45,614 nt of DNA. Source: Eledone cirrhosa. Lineage: Eukaryota. Shown piece after piece: positions 24,003 through 36,352 of the stretch; positions within the stretch are counted from its first letter, which is position 1, and every line of letters starts with the position of its first letter. Both the position numbers and the translations under genes were made by a program. The stretch is taken from contig CAXHJY010001277.1 of NCBI GenBank assembly GCA_964016885.1, positions 1 through 45,614 of the forward strand, given 5' to 3'. The notes beneath the pieces are model-generated. The model did no database searches and was not told where the DNA came from. It saw nothing but the letters and a program-made list of their open reading frames with translations.

Positions 24003-24651
24003 CCCAGGACAACCTGTCACATGGTCGGGTCGTTGGCGACTAAACTGGCAACCTCACCAAGGTTTCTTGGTGAGGGGGGTGACTTTGAACATCCTGCAGG
24101 ACTAAAAACAAAACCTGTCAAAAGGTCAAAGGGCAAAGGAGCTCTTAAGAGTCAATGGCCATCCAAAATCACCGGGAGAGATGACCCCTTAGCCTTTGTC
24201 AAGGCAGAATAGTAGGAGAAGGAAAACTCTGATATAACACCTGCAACCCTGATGGTATCCAATGATGTTGACTTGTTCTTCTTTTTGGTAAATATCATCT
24301 TGGTTAAGAGAGTGGGACTGGCTTTGTACAGAGCCTATGCTCACTATAAAATCTTCACGGCACAGGCATTGCTTTATATCTGGAGATCTCTCTGCACTTG
24401 TCGTCACATGGTACCAGCACTATGTGTCAATAATTGTCACAAGTGTAGTGTTTGTACCAGAGTTTTCAAGTCGCTGGCTGGACTAAAAAGTCACACTCGT
24501 TCAAGGCATCAGTAGGGGTTCTCCTACATCGATATAAAGTAGTGGCCGTACTCGAAAACGAGTTGGCAGCCACCATGTATGTATGTATGTATGTATGTAT
24601 GTATGTATGTATGTATGTATGTATGTATGTATGTATGTATGTATGTATGTA
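24003..24651 (+). mobile_element. Non-autonomous RTE-derived retroelement (about 575 bp plus (TATG)n tail)
   Basis: Highly similar to 36353-36923; 3' part encodes [22 protein letters not shown], an RTE-type C-terminal zinc finger; no RT; flanked by TATG repeats. Confidence 0.8.
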
Positions 24652-24829
24652 TACATACAAAAACACAGGAGGCAATTTTACAATGTTATATTAGGTTAAC
24701 TCTTGGTGGAAGTGAAGGTTTCAGCGTTTCGGACAAAAGTCCTTCAGGTAAGTTCGGATAAGGAGAGAACAGATACTCCTAAGAGTAGTGTGAGAAGGGG
24801 GACCTTCGCCTTTGTTATTTTCTGTGGAA

Positions 24830-25860
24830 GCACTTTGGGCGCCACAGCTGAAGCACTTTGAGCGCCTTCCTTCCACAGATATGGGAAGTTGGGAGCCATT
24901 CCCGAGGCCTATTACGTCGGGAATAGCGCTGATGCAGTCCTAGTCGATTTGGATGAGCATCTCAATTCTAATACCAAACCAGTCCTCTCTCCCCAACTTC
25001 TGTACCTGCAGAATGGTTGTTCTATCCTCGATGCCCGCAAGAACAGACACGACCAGCCAAGGCATGGGTACGTAGGGTGGGACCTGGGTTACCCCGACAA
25101 TTTTTTTCCGCAGTAAAACGGGATTAGTGTTATGTCATCACTCCGTATTCTCCTCAGTGAGTGCGATTTTGCTTCCTGGGTGGTAGAAAAAAGGACGTCC
25201 ACGGTAGCATACTTCTTGCCTCGCGTGATGTGGGTTTTCCCGTGCCCACACAGTTCCCAAGGCCTTCTGGATTTGGGCCTCCGTGGCTCTCTCCATACGA
25301 CGCGATTTCGTGGCAATCCTGCGGTATGACACTGTGCGTCGCTCTTGTTCTTCCAGGAAGTCGGTTGGTGGTTTGAAGGACACTGAAAATTCAATTCTGG
25401 TTACCTTGCGACCATCATCTCCTCCTCTGTGATCAGGACCTTTTCTACGTTGCGAGCCATCTTTGCAGTGGCATCATTGTTGCCGCCGCTACTGCTGCTA
25501 CTGGTCTTGTTGTTGGTGCTGTTGTTGTTGCTACTGCTACAAACGGTGTTGTTGGTGTTGTTGCTGTTATCACTGTTGCAGCTGGTTGTGTTTTTGATGC
25601 CGCCGCTGTTGTTCTCGGTGCAGTTTGTATTGTTGCTGTTGGTGTTTTCGCTATTTATTTTATTGTTAGTGGTGTTAATATCGTTGTTGCATTTGTTGTC
25701 AGTTTTTCTGTTGTCTGTATTTTGGTTGTCGCTGTTACTGTTGTGGTTGGTGTGGTTATTTTTTTTAAAAAATAGTGTTCTCAGTGTTGTTGCCATTGCT
25801 GTCTTTGTTCACGGTGTTTGTGGTGGTGTTTGTTGTATCAATTTCTGTGTTCGCCGTAAC
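24830..25860 (-). pseudogene. Decayed gag-like ORF1 of an L1/Tx1-type non-LTR element
   Basis: Joined across frameshifts: Asn/Thr-rich N-terminus, then ATVDVLFSTTQEAKSH..LIPFYCGKK..VTQVPP..IPDVI..LPISVEGRRSKCFSCG, the start of a zinc knuckle that is then truncated; family assignment by recall. Confidence 0.55.
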
Positions 25861-26128
25861 CCGCCTCTCAATCATCTTTCTACACCTCTACCTTCACATA
25901 AATGAATAAAACGTATACTATAATTAAACAAGTTTTATCTCGTGTATTGTATTTTATTATTGTCTGGTTTCTTCTTCTCAACTCCCTACAGCTTACTCTT
26001 CCTACCTTGCTCTGAACCGCAGCGCATTACAAAAGAAGAGACAAAAACGACCACACACACACACACAAGTGTAAATGTAAAAAAAGGTAGCGTGATTAAA
26101 TATTTAATAATAGGGTGCTTGGTTATTC

Positions 26129-26287
26129 CAGTGCCGGATTTACCATTGTGCTCAGGCGCCTGGAGAGGCGGGGAGCATCTTCCTGCCAAAAATTGTTTTT
26201 ACTCTGAATTACCTTCTTCAGGGCCCAAGTAAGGGGCCTCATTACTTATCTAGCACAGGGCGTCATTTCTCCTAAATCTTGCACTTG
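26129..26287. mobile_element. Possible hAT-type MITE
   Basis: CAGTGCCGGATTTA ... TAAATCTTGCACTTG imperfect TIRs; no clean 8-bp TSD. Confidence 0.4.
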
Positions 26288-26312
26288 TCATAGCCACGCT
26301 ATGACAAGTGCA
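26280..26312. repeat. Perfect 15-bp hairpin
   Basis: TGCACTTGTCATAGC-cac-GCTATGACAAGTGCA. Confidence 0.95.
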
Positions 26313-26467
26313 GCAATGCCGTGTGTTGACTTGCGTCAGAAATTACTAGAGGGAAACTCCAACGCCTCTTGTTGTGGCATGTAATTCGGTGTGCAGTTCT
26401 TTCAAACTTTTACTTTCTCTCTCTTTTAAAAATATAAATTGTGTTTATTTGTATGGATTTTTATGAT

Positions 26468-27149
26468 GGCATAGGTTAATTATAACGTTCGCGAAAATGA
26501 AAGTGAATTTTCTGACAAGTGAATGTGTTTTTTTTTTTTTTTTTTTACAATGTAAGTTACGATACACTATTTGTTTATCTACAACAGGTCTCTATAGTGA
26601 TATGGTGTTAATTAGTATTGCGTGTGTGATTATTTTCTCTTATATATATATGTGTGGGTGTGTATATGTGTGTATATATATGTGTGTCTGTATGTATATA
26701 TATATGTGTTTGTATATATATATGTGTTTGTATATATATGTGTTTGTGTCATCATCATCGTTTAGATGTTTTTGTAATATCTTGCCAAAGTTGGCACCAA
26801 CTATAAACAAATTAAGGCCGGGTCATAAGAAGGACAGAGAATGATAAGGGATTTGGGTAAAAACATCTAAACGATGATGATGACACAAACACATATATAT
26901 ATACAAAAACACATATATATATATACATACAGACACACATATATATACACACATATACACACCCACACATATATATATAAGAGAAAATAATCACACACGC
27001 AATACTAATTAACACCATATCACTATAGAGACCTGTTGTAAATAAACAAATAGTGTATCGTAACTTACATTGTAAAAAAACAAAACAAACACATTCACTT
27101 GTCAGAAAATTCACTTTCATTTTCGCGAACGTTATAATTAACCTATGCC
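26468..27149. mobile_element. Mutator/Foldback-like non-autonomous element with about 300-bp TIRs
   Basis: Arms 26468-26773 and 26859-27149, 85-bp spacer, G-starting TIR, exact 9-bp TSD TTTTATGAT (26459-26467 and 27150-27158). Confidence 0.85.
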
Positions 27150-27454
27150 TTTTATGATAATGATAAATGTAAGAATATGAACTCTTTTTCTTGAATTACG
27201 AAAAAAAAGAAAAATCGTTTTAGCGTAGACCCCCCCCCCCCCCCTCTCATTAAATATATTTATTTGGCTTATTAATCTTAACCTACAAGTTTTCAAATAT
27301 AAATGTTTATACTAGAGATGAAATATTTTTCCTTAATAATTTAAGATGTATTAATCTTGTGTAATGTTTATTTTCAATAAAAATACCGCTTCATGCATAT
27401 AAAAATAATTTCATTTCAAAAGCGCATTTATTACGAAAAACATCCAACTTTATA

Positions 27455-28168
27455 CAGGGTCCTCCCAAAAAGGTATACACAGTTTGTGAGCCTCGCGAGA
27501 TGGAATAGCTCTTCCAGCGCATCTCCCTTACCATCCTCCGAGGAAACGCCTTCTCCATTCTGTCCGCCGGGGCTGTGGGAAGGCCAGCACGTGGGACCAC
27601 ATTTTCTCACCATACAGCGAGATGGGGAGGGCGAGAGAGATGGAGGCGATGACAGTGGGAGTTCGGCTCTTCCACGTTCGGACCATATCCTTGTGGTTGT
27701 GTTTATTATCTATATAGAAAATTGTTCAATGATATCATGCATTTACGATCTTGAGTTTATATAAAGTCACAGTAAAAGTAACAGTTTTAGTAAAACAACA
27801 AACAAACAAACAAACCTACGTTTGAATGATTATAAAAACGTTTATCTATACATCCCAGCACTAGTCCATGAAGATGATAGTGATCGAAGAGTTAAATTTT
27901 GTGAATGGTACCTGATGAAATGTAATTGAAAAGGATTGCACCCAAATACCAAATGAAATGATTCGTTAAGTCCTCAGTTTCATCGACCTTTTATCAGCAG
28001 TGCCTGGACCAGAATGGTCATTATTTTGAACATCTACGATAACTTAACAAATTCTAAGTCTGCCTACTTTGTCTTGAATAATAATAATAATAAAACTATA
28101 ATATTCTATATAAACATTGTTTGTATCACCATTCAAAGTGTGTATACATTTTCGGGGTAGACACCCTG
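27455..28168 (+). mobile_element. Internally deleted Tc1/mariner DNA transposon
   Basis: TA|CAGGGTCCTCCCAAAAAGGTATACACAGTTTG ... CAAAGTGTGTATACATTTTCGGGGTAGACACCCTG|TA; transposase remnant YIPALVHEDDSDRRVKFCEWY from about 27849. Confidence 0.8.
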
Positions 28169-28669
28169 TATATAAAATAAACAACAAAAGACTGCCGCAG
28201 GGTTTTAAAAAAATCCTGGCGAAAACGATATTCTTTCGTTTCGGTTAATCAAAACATAAATTATATTTTTACATTACTCATTATAGTTGATTTCACTTTA
28301 ATTACACCTCTTTTATCAACTTTTACTCTTTTAATTAACTGTACAAATCAAGGGAGTGTATAGTACTCACTTGTACTGGATGTAGTAAGCCTGGCCAGGG
28401 AGTTAAGAAGTTCTTAATTATAAGATACCAGCAATTCTGAAATATCCAGGTGTAAAAAGGTCATTAGATAGTTGATGCCTGTAAATGAAAGGTCCAGCCC
28501 TAACACATCATTTTTACTACATTATTACAACCTTAAAAATTATAAAGGTCACATGTGTGTATGTAGGTAGTTCGGTTAATAGAATAAAATGTTGGGAGTT
28601 GAAACTGACCGACGAAGAAACAGCAAACACATTCGTTTATATATGTGTCGACTCCGCCTCGAATTGATT

Positions 28670-28786
28670 AATAATTGTTTCTACTTTTAGGCACAAGGCC
28701 AGCAATTACCCAGTGCATTACTGGTTCTTTATTTTATCGACCCCGTAAGGATGGCGTCCGACTCTCTACCGATACTGCCAATCCAC
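28670..28786 (-). mobile_element. SINE family A, internally deleted
   Basis: Head and tail present, B-box region missing. Confidence 0.7.
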
Positions 28787-29287
28787 TAATAAACAAAAAT
28801 GACAACTTCAATATCGTATCCATTCACAGTATTTATACATACATTACTCTCACACAAGAGTGCTTGGTATCAAACAGGCACATACAGTATATTTCTTTAT
28901 TCTCTCTCTCTCTCTCTCTCTCTCTATTCAAAGGATTGTTTAAAACCAGTTTAACATCGTTACTATCAACATGAAGACCTTTTTAAAGATTCTTCTGCTA
29001 TTTTCAGGTATATAATCATTTATTTACATCCTAGCTGCTTTACAGCTTCCCAGTTTTCCTTTATTATTTATTTTTAATGTTTATTTCGCCTCCGCTTGGA
29101 CTTACCTGTTATTTAAAAAAATTTATTTTTATAATCACTTATCTCTGTATATCATTTGTTTCCCCTATAAGAAGTACTAAATACTTCCTCTAGTCGGTTA
29201 TGGCTTATGTAACCTTACTAGTTCTATACGGACGTTTAAAATTATTTTTATTTGTATTCACTTATCTCTGTTATTATTATATACATA

Positions 29288-29390
29288 CGAGGTTAACTTA
29301 GCCTTTCATATTCACGGGGTCGATAAAACAACACCAGTAATGCACTGGGATAATTACTGGCCTTGTGCCCAAAGTAGAAACAATTATTAT
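29288..29390 (+). mobile_element. SINE family A, 3' half
   Basis: CGAGGTTAACTTAGCCTTTCAT..GGGGTCGATAAAA..GGCCTTGTGCCCAAAGTAGAAACAATTATT. Confidence 0.75.
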
Positions 29391-29514
29391 AGAAGGATAT
29401 ATTCTTTTAATGTTGCAATATTAAAGAAAATGTAAAGGAAGGGGTGAACAACCGAGCCAACACTGGAGCCAAAAAAAAAGACAGCAGCGTCGCGAGGAGT
29501 ACCGGGCAACCTCT

Positions 29515-29799
29515 CTAATGATTTTTGAGGCAAGCCCGCACACTTGCAGCATTGCCTCGGATTATGGCGAGGCTAATGCGCTGGAACAACCAAGCGCCCT
29601 CGCGAGATTCGCCAGTTACCTCTATTAGGCGAGCCGCCAGTGAAGAGAGGAACCTCGCAGTCAGCGGCCCGACACACCCAAACGTCTTGAAAGCCACAGG
29701 CTGAAAAATGTAACTGGCCAACAGATCACAGTATTTGAGGGTCTTACTCAGCTCGGCTGCGGAAGCTGTGGCTCACGTCCTAACCGCAGCACCCAGGAT
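29515..29799 (-). mobile_element. C-terminal restriction-like endonuclease fragment of a CRE-type non-LTR retrotransposon
   Basis: AAELSKTLKYCDL..YIFQPVAFKTFGCVGPLTARFL..TGESREGAWLFQRISLAIIRGNAASV matches the AE..K..KY / P.A.ET.G / QR.S.AI.RGNA pattern. Confidence 0.7.
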
Positions 29800-30451
29800 G
29801 TATATCTTTTTGTTTGTTTCTCAACTGTAAGGACTAGATAACTGGCCCCCTCCCAGTTTATCATAGCTTACTAGCTCTACGCGGACATTTAAATTGATTA
29901 ACTAAATCAATACATATTATTCTATAATATTTATTGATTTATATAATATTCTATAATTATCCTGTATTTTAACACCATGAATTGAAAATTATTGTTATCA
30001 CTTCAATTAAGTATTATTTAATGCATGAAATTTTAGCATTAAAAACTTATTCATTTACAATGCTAATAGTTAGTATAACATTTTAAAAAGTTCTGTTTTT
30101 AATTATTTTTTCTCGTCGTCATACAAGTTTTCTTGTATATATTCCCCGTGTAAACTCATCTTCGTAGTCAAAATTATAAAACCTATAGTAAACATTTGTA
30201 AACATGTTTGTTCTTTTTTTTTAATTATTGCAAAATATATTTTAAAATAAACATTAATTAGAAATATTGGATTAGCAGGCTAAATTAATTACGATATAAA
30301 GTGGTGGTGGGGACTTGCACAATAAATTTCGATTCACCAGATTCATTTTATATAGAGATATAAGGGTTAGGGTTCCCTCTCTCTTATATATATATATAAT
30401 GCGTTATATATAAAGGTAAAGGGAGAGACCATTATTTAACTTGGTACTTTA

Positions 30452-30638
30452 AGGCGGTGGATTGGCAGTATCGGTAGAGGGTCGGACGCCATGCTTTGAC
30501 GTATAGAGTTACGGCCCTTGCCATTCTGAGTTCAAATCCCGCCGAGGTTAACTTTGCCTTTCATCCTTATGGGGTCGATAAAATAAAGTACTAGTAATAC
30601 ACTGGGTAATTGTTGGCCTTGTGCCAAAAGTAGAAACG
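30452..30638 (+). mobile_element. SINE family A with long TSD
   Basis: Full copy flanked by ATTATTTAACTTGGTACTTTA (30431-30451) and ATTATTTAACTTGGAACTCTA (30639-30659). Confidence 0.9.
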
Positions 30639-30754
30639 ATTATTTAACTTGGAACTCTATACTTATGATAATTAGTGTAGATATTATAAAGGGGAGGGTG
30701 CTTCGTGGAGTTGAAACGACAAAAGCGTACTCGTAGGGCAGAATATATATATCG

Positions 30755-30950
30755 ACAGTTGATCGACTTTCGTCAAAGCGGACCGAGGAAACAATGTTTC
30801 CGTTGGTCTTTCCAATTACTAATACTATCTATCGGTCGCAACTCCAGGTAGAAGGAGCAACATGAAATAAAAGGACATAACGCATCGTCCAGTCCAGAAA
30901 TCGAACTCACAACCTCGCGATTGCAAATCCAATTCGCTAACCATTAAGTC
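30755..30950 (-). mobile_element. Degenerate family-B-headed SINE
   Basis: GGAGCAACATGAAATAAA..GAAATCGAACTCACAACCTCGCGATTGCAAATCC similar to 14655-14750. Confidence 0.6.
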
Positions 30951-30980
30951 AGGCTAAGTTAATTATTATCAATATATGTA

Positions 30981-31592
30981 TCTATATATATAAAACTGAG
31001 TCTCTCTCTCTCTCTCTCAGTACCCAACCGATTTTTCCCAAACTTTACATGTGTATTATGTTTCAGGGAGTGTTATGCACATAAAAAAATTCAAATTTTG
31101 ATCCCCTAGGGCCCGCATTAGGTGTACTGCGTTTTTTCAGCTTTTTAGGTTTTTTTTTAGGCGTTACATCAGACCGATTTCCTTGAAATTGTAAATATGT
31201 ATTAGTCAGTCTCTTCTTCATACCGTGAGCAAAGAAAATACAACTTTTTTATGGCCTAGGGCTCGCATTAGGTGAAAAACTTCATTTTTTTTCCAGCTTT
31301 TTAGGGCTTTTTTGAAGCATTACGCCTAGCCGAATTACCCGAAATTTCAAGGCATATTATGCACATAAAAAAAATAATTTTCTTGATCCCCTAGGCCCCC
31401 GCTCCGCATTAGGTGAAAACCTGCATTTTTCCTGCTTCATCGAGGAAAATCTTAAAGATTATCCAGCCATCAGAGTATTCGGTTTATTTTCTTTACATAT
31501 TGTCCAGGCATGCAGTTTTTCCACGAATAGGTCTGTTGGCGGCCCGCGTTCCAAAATACCTTATCCCGTGCAATGCCGAGTACCACTGCTAG
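30981..31592 (+). mobile_element. Non-autonomous Helitron
   Basis: A|TCTATATATATAAAA 5' end; imperfect GC hairpin CCCGTGCAATGCCGAG about 10 nt before CTAG|T 3' end; internal roughly 150-bp repeats containing CCTAGG..CGCATTAGGTG x3. Confidence 0.75.
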
Positions 31593-31597
31593 TACCA

Positions 31598-31643
31598 TGA
31601 TCATCATCATACGTCCGCTTTTCCCTGCTTGTAAGGGTGGGAC
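31598..31643 (-). mobile_element. Very short RTE LINE 3' end
   Basis: (ATC)n-ACGTCCGCTTTTCCCTGCTTGTAAGGGTGGG, reverse complement of the 5118-5175 terminus. Confidence 0.75.
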
Positions 31644-31885
31644 AATATATATATATATATTGTCAACAAAGGCAGTGTCAGTATTGTGTCCCATCGATCT
31701 ATTCTGTCCCATTGATCATGGTTACCAGATCGATTTCATAAAAATAACCCATAATTTTTAAAAAGAAGCGAGTTGTGATATAAATAAAAAAGTTGATTGC
31801 CAGAATCTTGGGGGTTAGATTAGTTGATAGCATACGGGGGAAAAAAAGAAAAATGTTTTCCCAATTAAATCGAGTGGAGTGTTTT

Positions 31886-32097
31886 ATAATAATTGTTTCT
31901 ACTTTTGGCACAAGGCCAGCAATTTTTGGGGAAGAGGAAAGTCGATTAAATCAACTCCAGTATGTTACTGGTACTTTATTTTATTGACCCCGTAAGGATG
32001 AAAGCCAAAGTTAACCTCGGCGTGATTTGAACTCGGATCATAAAGGGCTGTAACTCTATGCTGCAAAGCATGGCGTCCGAACCTCTTCCAATCCACC
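31886..32097 (-). mobile_element. SINE family A
   Basis: Full reverse-complement copy ending CCAATCCACC. Confidence 0.85.
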
Positions 32098-32414
32098 ATA
32101 ATAATACCCATATCTCTCCAGCCTTCATAATCATAGTCCTTGTTTCACTACTATGCAACATCACACTTCGCATACAACCACCCTTATTTCATCGCAGTGT
32201 GTATATATACTTATATCTTAGGCTATAGTCATTGTGATTGTTTAAGAATATTCTTCAAAATCCTAAGTTCCAGTTTTTAATCTCACTGTGCAATACTTTT
32301 GTCAAATGTTTGTTACCTAAGTAAAATTTTTGGAATTCCATTAGACTTCAACTATAATTCATAATGCCAGCCTTGTCACATTGATTTTGTCTGAGAAAAG
32401 TTACAGCTGTCTGT

Positions 32415-34720
32415 ATTGGCAGAGTTGTTAAAACATCAGATAGAGTACTTTGTGGTATTTGTTCTGGTTTTCTGTTCTCTGAGTTCAAACTGCATTGAGG
32501 TCAACTTTGCCTTTCATTAGTGGAAACATTACCTGTACATTACTAGGGTTGGTTCTTCCTTTCTCACATCCTCTCTATCATTCTTTCTCTCCTTCTCTTG
32601 TGTTCAGTCCTGGAGATGGATGAGCTCCACCAGGTTTAAAATGGATGTATGTCACTCCTTACTACTTCATCAGGTGTTATGGGTCCATAGATACATACAG
32701 GACATAAACGAATGTAACCATTTGTGCTAGTAGTAACAAATGTGAAGCAAAGACATGGAGACAAAATGCATATACACACACTCACACACAATCTTCTTTA
32801 AAATTTCTGTCTACCCAATTCACTGAGAAGGCATTGGTCAGTTTGAGGTTATAGTGGAAGACCTATGACCACAGTAGGATAAAGCCTGAAACAATGTAGT
32901 TGTGAAACATATTTCTTAATCCAGCAGCCATGCCAGCACCTAACAGTTAATATACTAATTACACAATATCTACAGTACAACTCCTATCTCATTCTTTAAT
33001 ACTTCTTTTTGTCCCGTAATTCCTGAGAGGGTTGTGTGGGCGCTGTATTGACTTATGGCGTTTCTAAGGCATTTTAAAGCTTGGCGGTGCCCATCCCTCT
33101 CTAGGTTTGAATACAGCAGATTACTTCCAGAGAAGTGTAGAGATAGTGAGAAAAAGATATAGAGGAAGAATTGATCCCAATATTTGACTGGTACTTTTTT
33201 TTATTGACCTGGAATAGATGAAAGACAAAGTTGACAGAGCCGAAACAAATACCACAGCATTCTATCTGCTAATCCTATGATTCTTTAATTAGGCAGTGAA
33301 TTGGTAGAGTCATTAAGACATCAGATAGAATGCTTTATGGTACTCGTCCCACCTCAGTGCGTGTCTGAGTTCAAATCCTGCTGGGGTCAACTTTGCTTTT
33401 CATCCTTTTGAGGTCGATAAAAGAAAGTACCAGTCTAGTATTGGGGTCGATTCTTCCTCTATAGAAAAATCGGCTGTGTTCAGACCTGGGGAGGGTTGGA
33501 CTTTGCCAGGTTTAAAAGTACCCTAGACATGCCGTTTGACAGTGCCTCTATGACTCCACAAGGAGTTAAGGGATCTTTATTCTTCAATTGCAATACAACA
33601 ATTATATAATGTCTTCAGTACCACACCTATCATATCTCTTTATATTCTAAGTTTAAAGACAGTTCATTTAGCGGAGTTGTTAAAGTGTTGGCTGTTTGTT
33701 CTGGGTTTCTGTTCTGTGTTCAAATCCCACCAAGGTCCACTTTACCCTTTACCTTTCAGGGTTTATAAAGAAAGTACCAGTCCAGTGCTGGTGCAGCCCT
33801 TTCTCTATCCATTTGTCACATCCAAGATGTTCCACTTAATTAGAGGGTGTCTGTGTCTGCTTGTAACTGCATGGGCACCTAAAATCCTTAGAGAATGTGA
33901 GTTCAAATCTTGTCAAAGTCTACTTTGCCTTTCATCCTTTCATGGTTGATAAAATAAAGTACCAGTTAAGTACTGGAGTGGAGACATGTGGCCTTGTGAT
34001 CCAGATGCTGGACTTGCGATCATAATGCTGTGGGTTTGATTACTGAATTGGGTTGTGTGTTTTGTTCTTGAGCAAAACACTTCATTTCAAGTTGCTCCAG
34101 TATATTCAGCTGAAAATTAATACCAGCAATAGCTGGGGGTTTAATCCTGTGATGGACTGGTGTCCTGTCCATGGGGGAGTCTTGAACTCTGTCGCTTCAC
34201 ACCACAAAAACTGAAGATAGGCGCTGGTCTGATGAGCCTCTGGGCTCAAGATAGACTTTAGACTTTAGTTAAGAACTGGAGTAATGCCCCCCCCCCCCCT
34301 CTCCCTCGCAAAAAAAAAAAAAAAAAGGGTTGGCCTTGTGCCAATGTTGAAAAACATTATTTTCCCTCTAGAGCATTATAATTGAGGTCAACTTTACCTG
34401 TCATTCTTAAATAAAAGATCACAAGTAATGAGGTTGATATAATCAACTTTGTCCTTCCCCCATATTTGCTGGCTTTGTGCCTAAATTAGGAATCAATATT
34501 TAAAAGGTGACAGATTGGCAGAATCGGTAGAGCATCGAACAAAATACTTTGCTGCATTTAATTACAGCACTTTATCTTCTGAGTTCAATTCCAGCTGAGG
34601 TTAACTTTGCTTTTCATCCTTCTAGGTTGATAAAATTAATACCAGTCAAATACTGGGGTTGAATTAATCAACTGATCCCAATTTTGCTGGTCTTGTGACT
34701 ATTTTAGAAAAATTTATTAT
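32415..34720. mobile_element. Cluster of degenerate SINEs, mostly family A
   Basis: GAGTTCAA..CTTTGCCTTTCAT-like motifs near 32480, 33367, 33718, 33899 and 34580; minus-strand remnants near 32790-32935 and 33170-33290. Confidence 0.75.
33980..34266 (+). mobile_element. SINE family B nested in a family A copy
   Basis: 16-bp TSD AGTTAAGTACTGGAGT (33964-33979) and AGTTAAGAACTGGAGT (34267-34282). Confidence 0.85.
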
Positions 34721-34988
34721 TTTCCTTCTATTTTTCCAGCTTCAACTTGTGCCTTAGCTGTGTGTCAAAATACATGTGATGAGTCAGGTTCCTGTCGGTA
34801 ATTACTAATTATCTCTTTGATTTTCTAATTAATTTATAACATTTTAATTACTTTATTGTTCCTACAATTGTTAATTTTCAATTGATCTCTCTAATTCAGT
34901 GGTCCTCAAACATTTGGGGCCACCTCCACCCCCTCATGGTCACGTAATACCCTCACCCCGCAACCCTATTTCCAGAGAGACCTGCCTA

Positions 34989-35080
34989 CATCATCATCAT
35001 CATCATCATCATTTAACGTCTATCTTCCACGCTAGCATGGGTTTAGATGGGAATTGTCCTATTTGAGGCAAGATTGGTCC
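34989..35080 (-). mobile_element. RTE LINE 3' end fragment
   Basis: (CAT)n-TTAACGTCTATCTTCCACGCTAGCATGGGTTT..TTGAGGCAAGATTGGT, reverse complement of 23696-23778. Confidence 0.85.
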
Positions 35081-35098
35081 GGTGACCATGTCTCGCTC

Positions 35099-35186
35099 GT
35101 ATATATGTATATATTATATATGTATATATAATATATATATATATATGTATGTATATATGTATGTATGTATATGTATGTATGTATGT

Positions 35187-35220
<34 letters not shown>

Positions 35221-35275
35221 GTATATATATGTATGTATGTATATATATGTATGTATGTATATATATGTATGTATG

Positions 35276-35308
<33 letters not shown>

Positions 35309-35310
35309 GT

Positions 35311-35351
<41 letters not shown>

Positions 35352-35432
35352 TATGTATGTATATATATATATGTATGTATATATATATATGTATGTATAT
35401 ATATATATGTATGTATATATATATGTATGTAT

Positions 35433-35473
<41 letters not shown>

Positions 35474-35524
35474 TGTATGTATATATATATGTATGTATAT
35501 ATATATATATGTATATATATATGT

Positions 35525-35593
<69 letters not shown>

Positions 35594-35701
35594 TATGTAT
35601 GTATATATATATATGTATGTATATATATATATGTATGTATATATATATGTATGTATATATATATATGTATGTATATATATGTATATGTATGTATATATAT
35701 G

Positions 35702-35739
<38 letters not shown>

Positions 35740-35950
35740 TGTATATATATGTATATATATATATATGTATATATATATATGTATATATATGTATATATAT
35801 ATATGTATGTATATATATGTATATATATATATGTATATATATATATGTATGTATATATATGTATATATATATATGTATGTATATATATGTATATATATAT
35901 ATATGTATGTATATATATGTATATATATATATGTATGTATATATATGTAT

Positions 35951-35990
<40 letters not shown>

Positions 35991-35991
35991 C

Positions 35992-36022
<31 letters not shown>

Positions 36023-36023
36023 C

Positions 36024-36054
<31 letters not shown>

Positions 36055-36072
36055 CTATGTATGTATATATAT

Positions 36073-36113
<41 letters not shown>

Positions 36114-36119
36114 TGTATG

Positions 36120-36159
<40 letters not shown>

Positions 36160-36177
36160 TGTATGTATATATATATG

Positions 36178-36210
<33 letters not shown>

Positions 36211-36352
36211 GTATGTATATATATATGTATGTATGTATATATATATGTATGTATATATATATATATATGTATGTATATATATATGTATGTATATATATAT
36301 GTATGTATATATATATATATGTATGTATATATATATGTATGTATATATATAT
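35099..36352. repeat. (TA)nTGTATG satellite-like array
   Basis: Direct reading; G almost only on the + strand. Confidence 0.98.

Noticed and set aside
25429-25905. Leu/Val-rich membrane-protein-like ORF
   Set aside because: Antisense reading of the AAC/ACC-rich low-complexity part of the decayed ORF1
30361-30374. Telomeric TTAGGG-like motif
   Set aside because: Only about two units; expected by chance
34897-34930. hAT-like terminus CAGTGGTCCTCAAAC
   Set aside because: No matching opposite TIR or TSD found in the window
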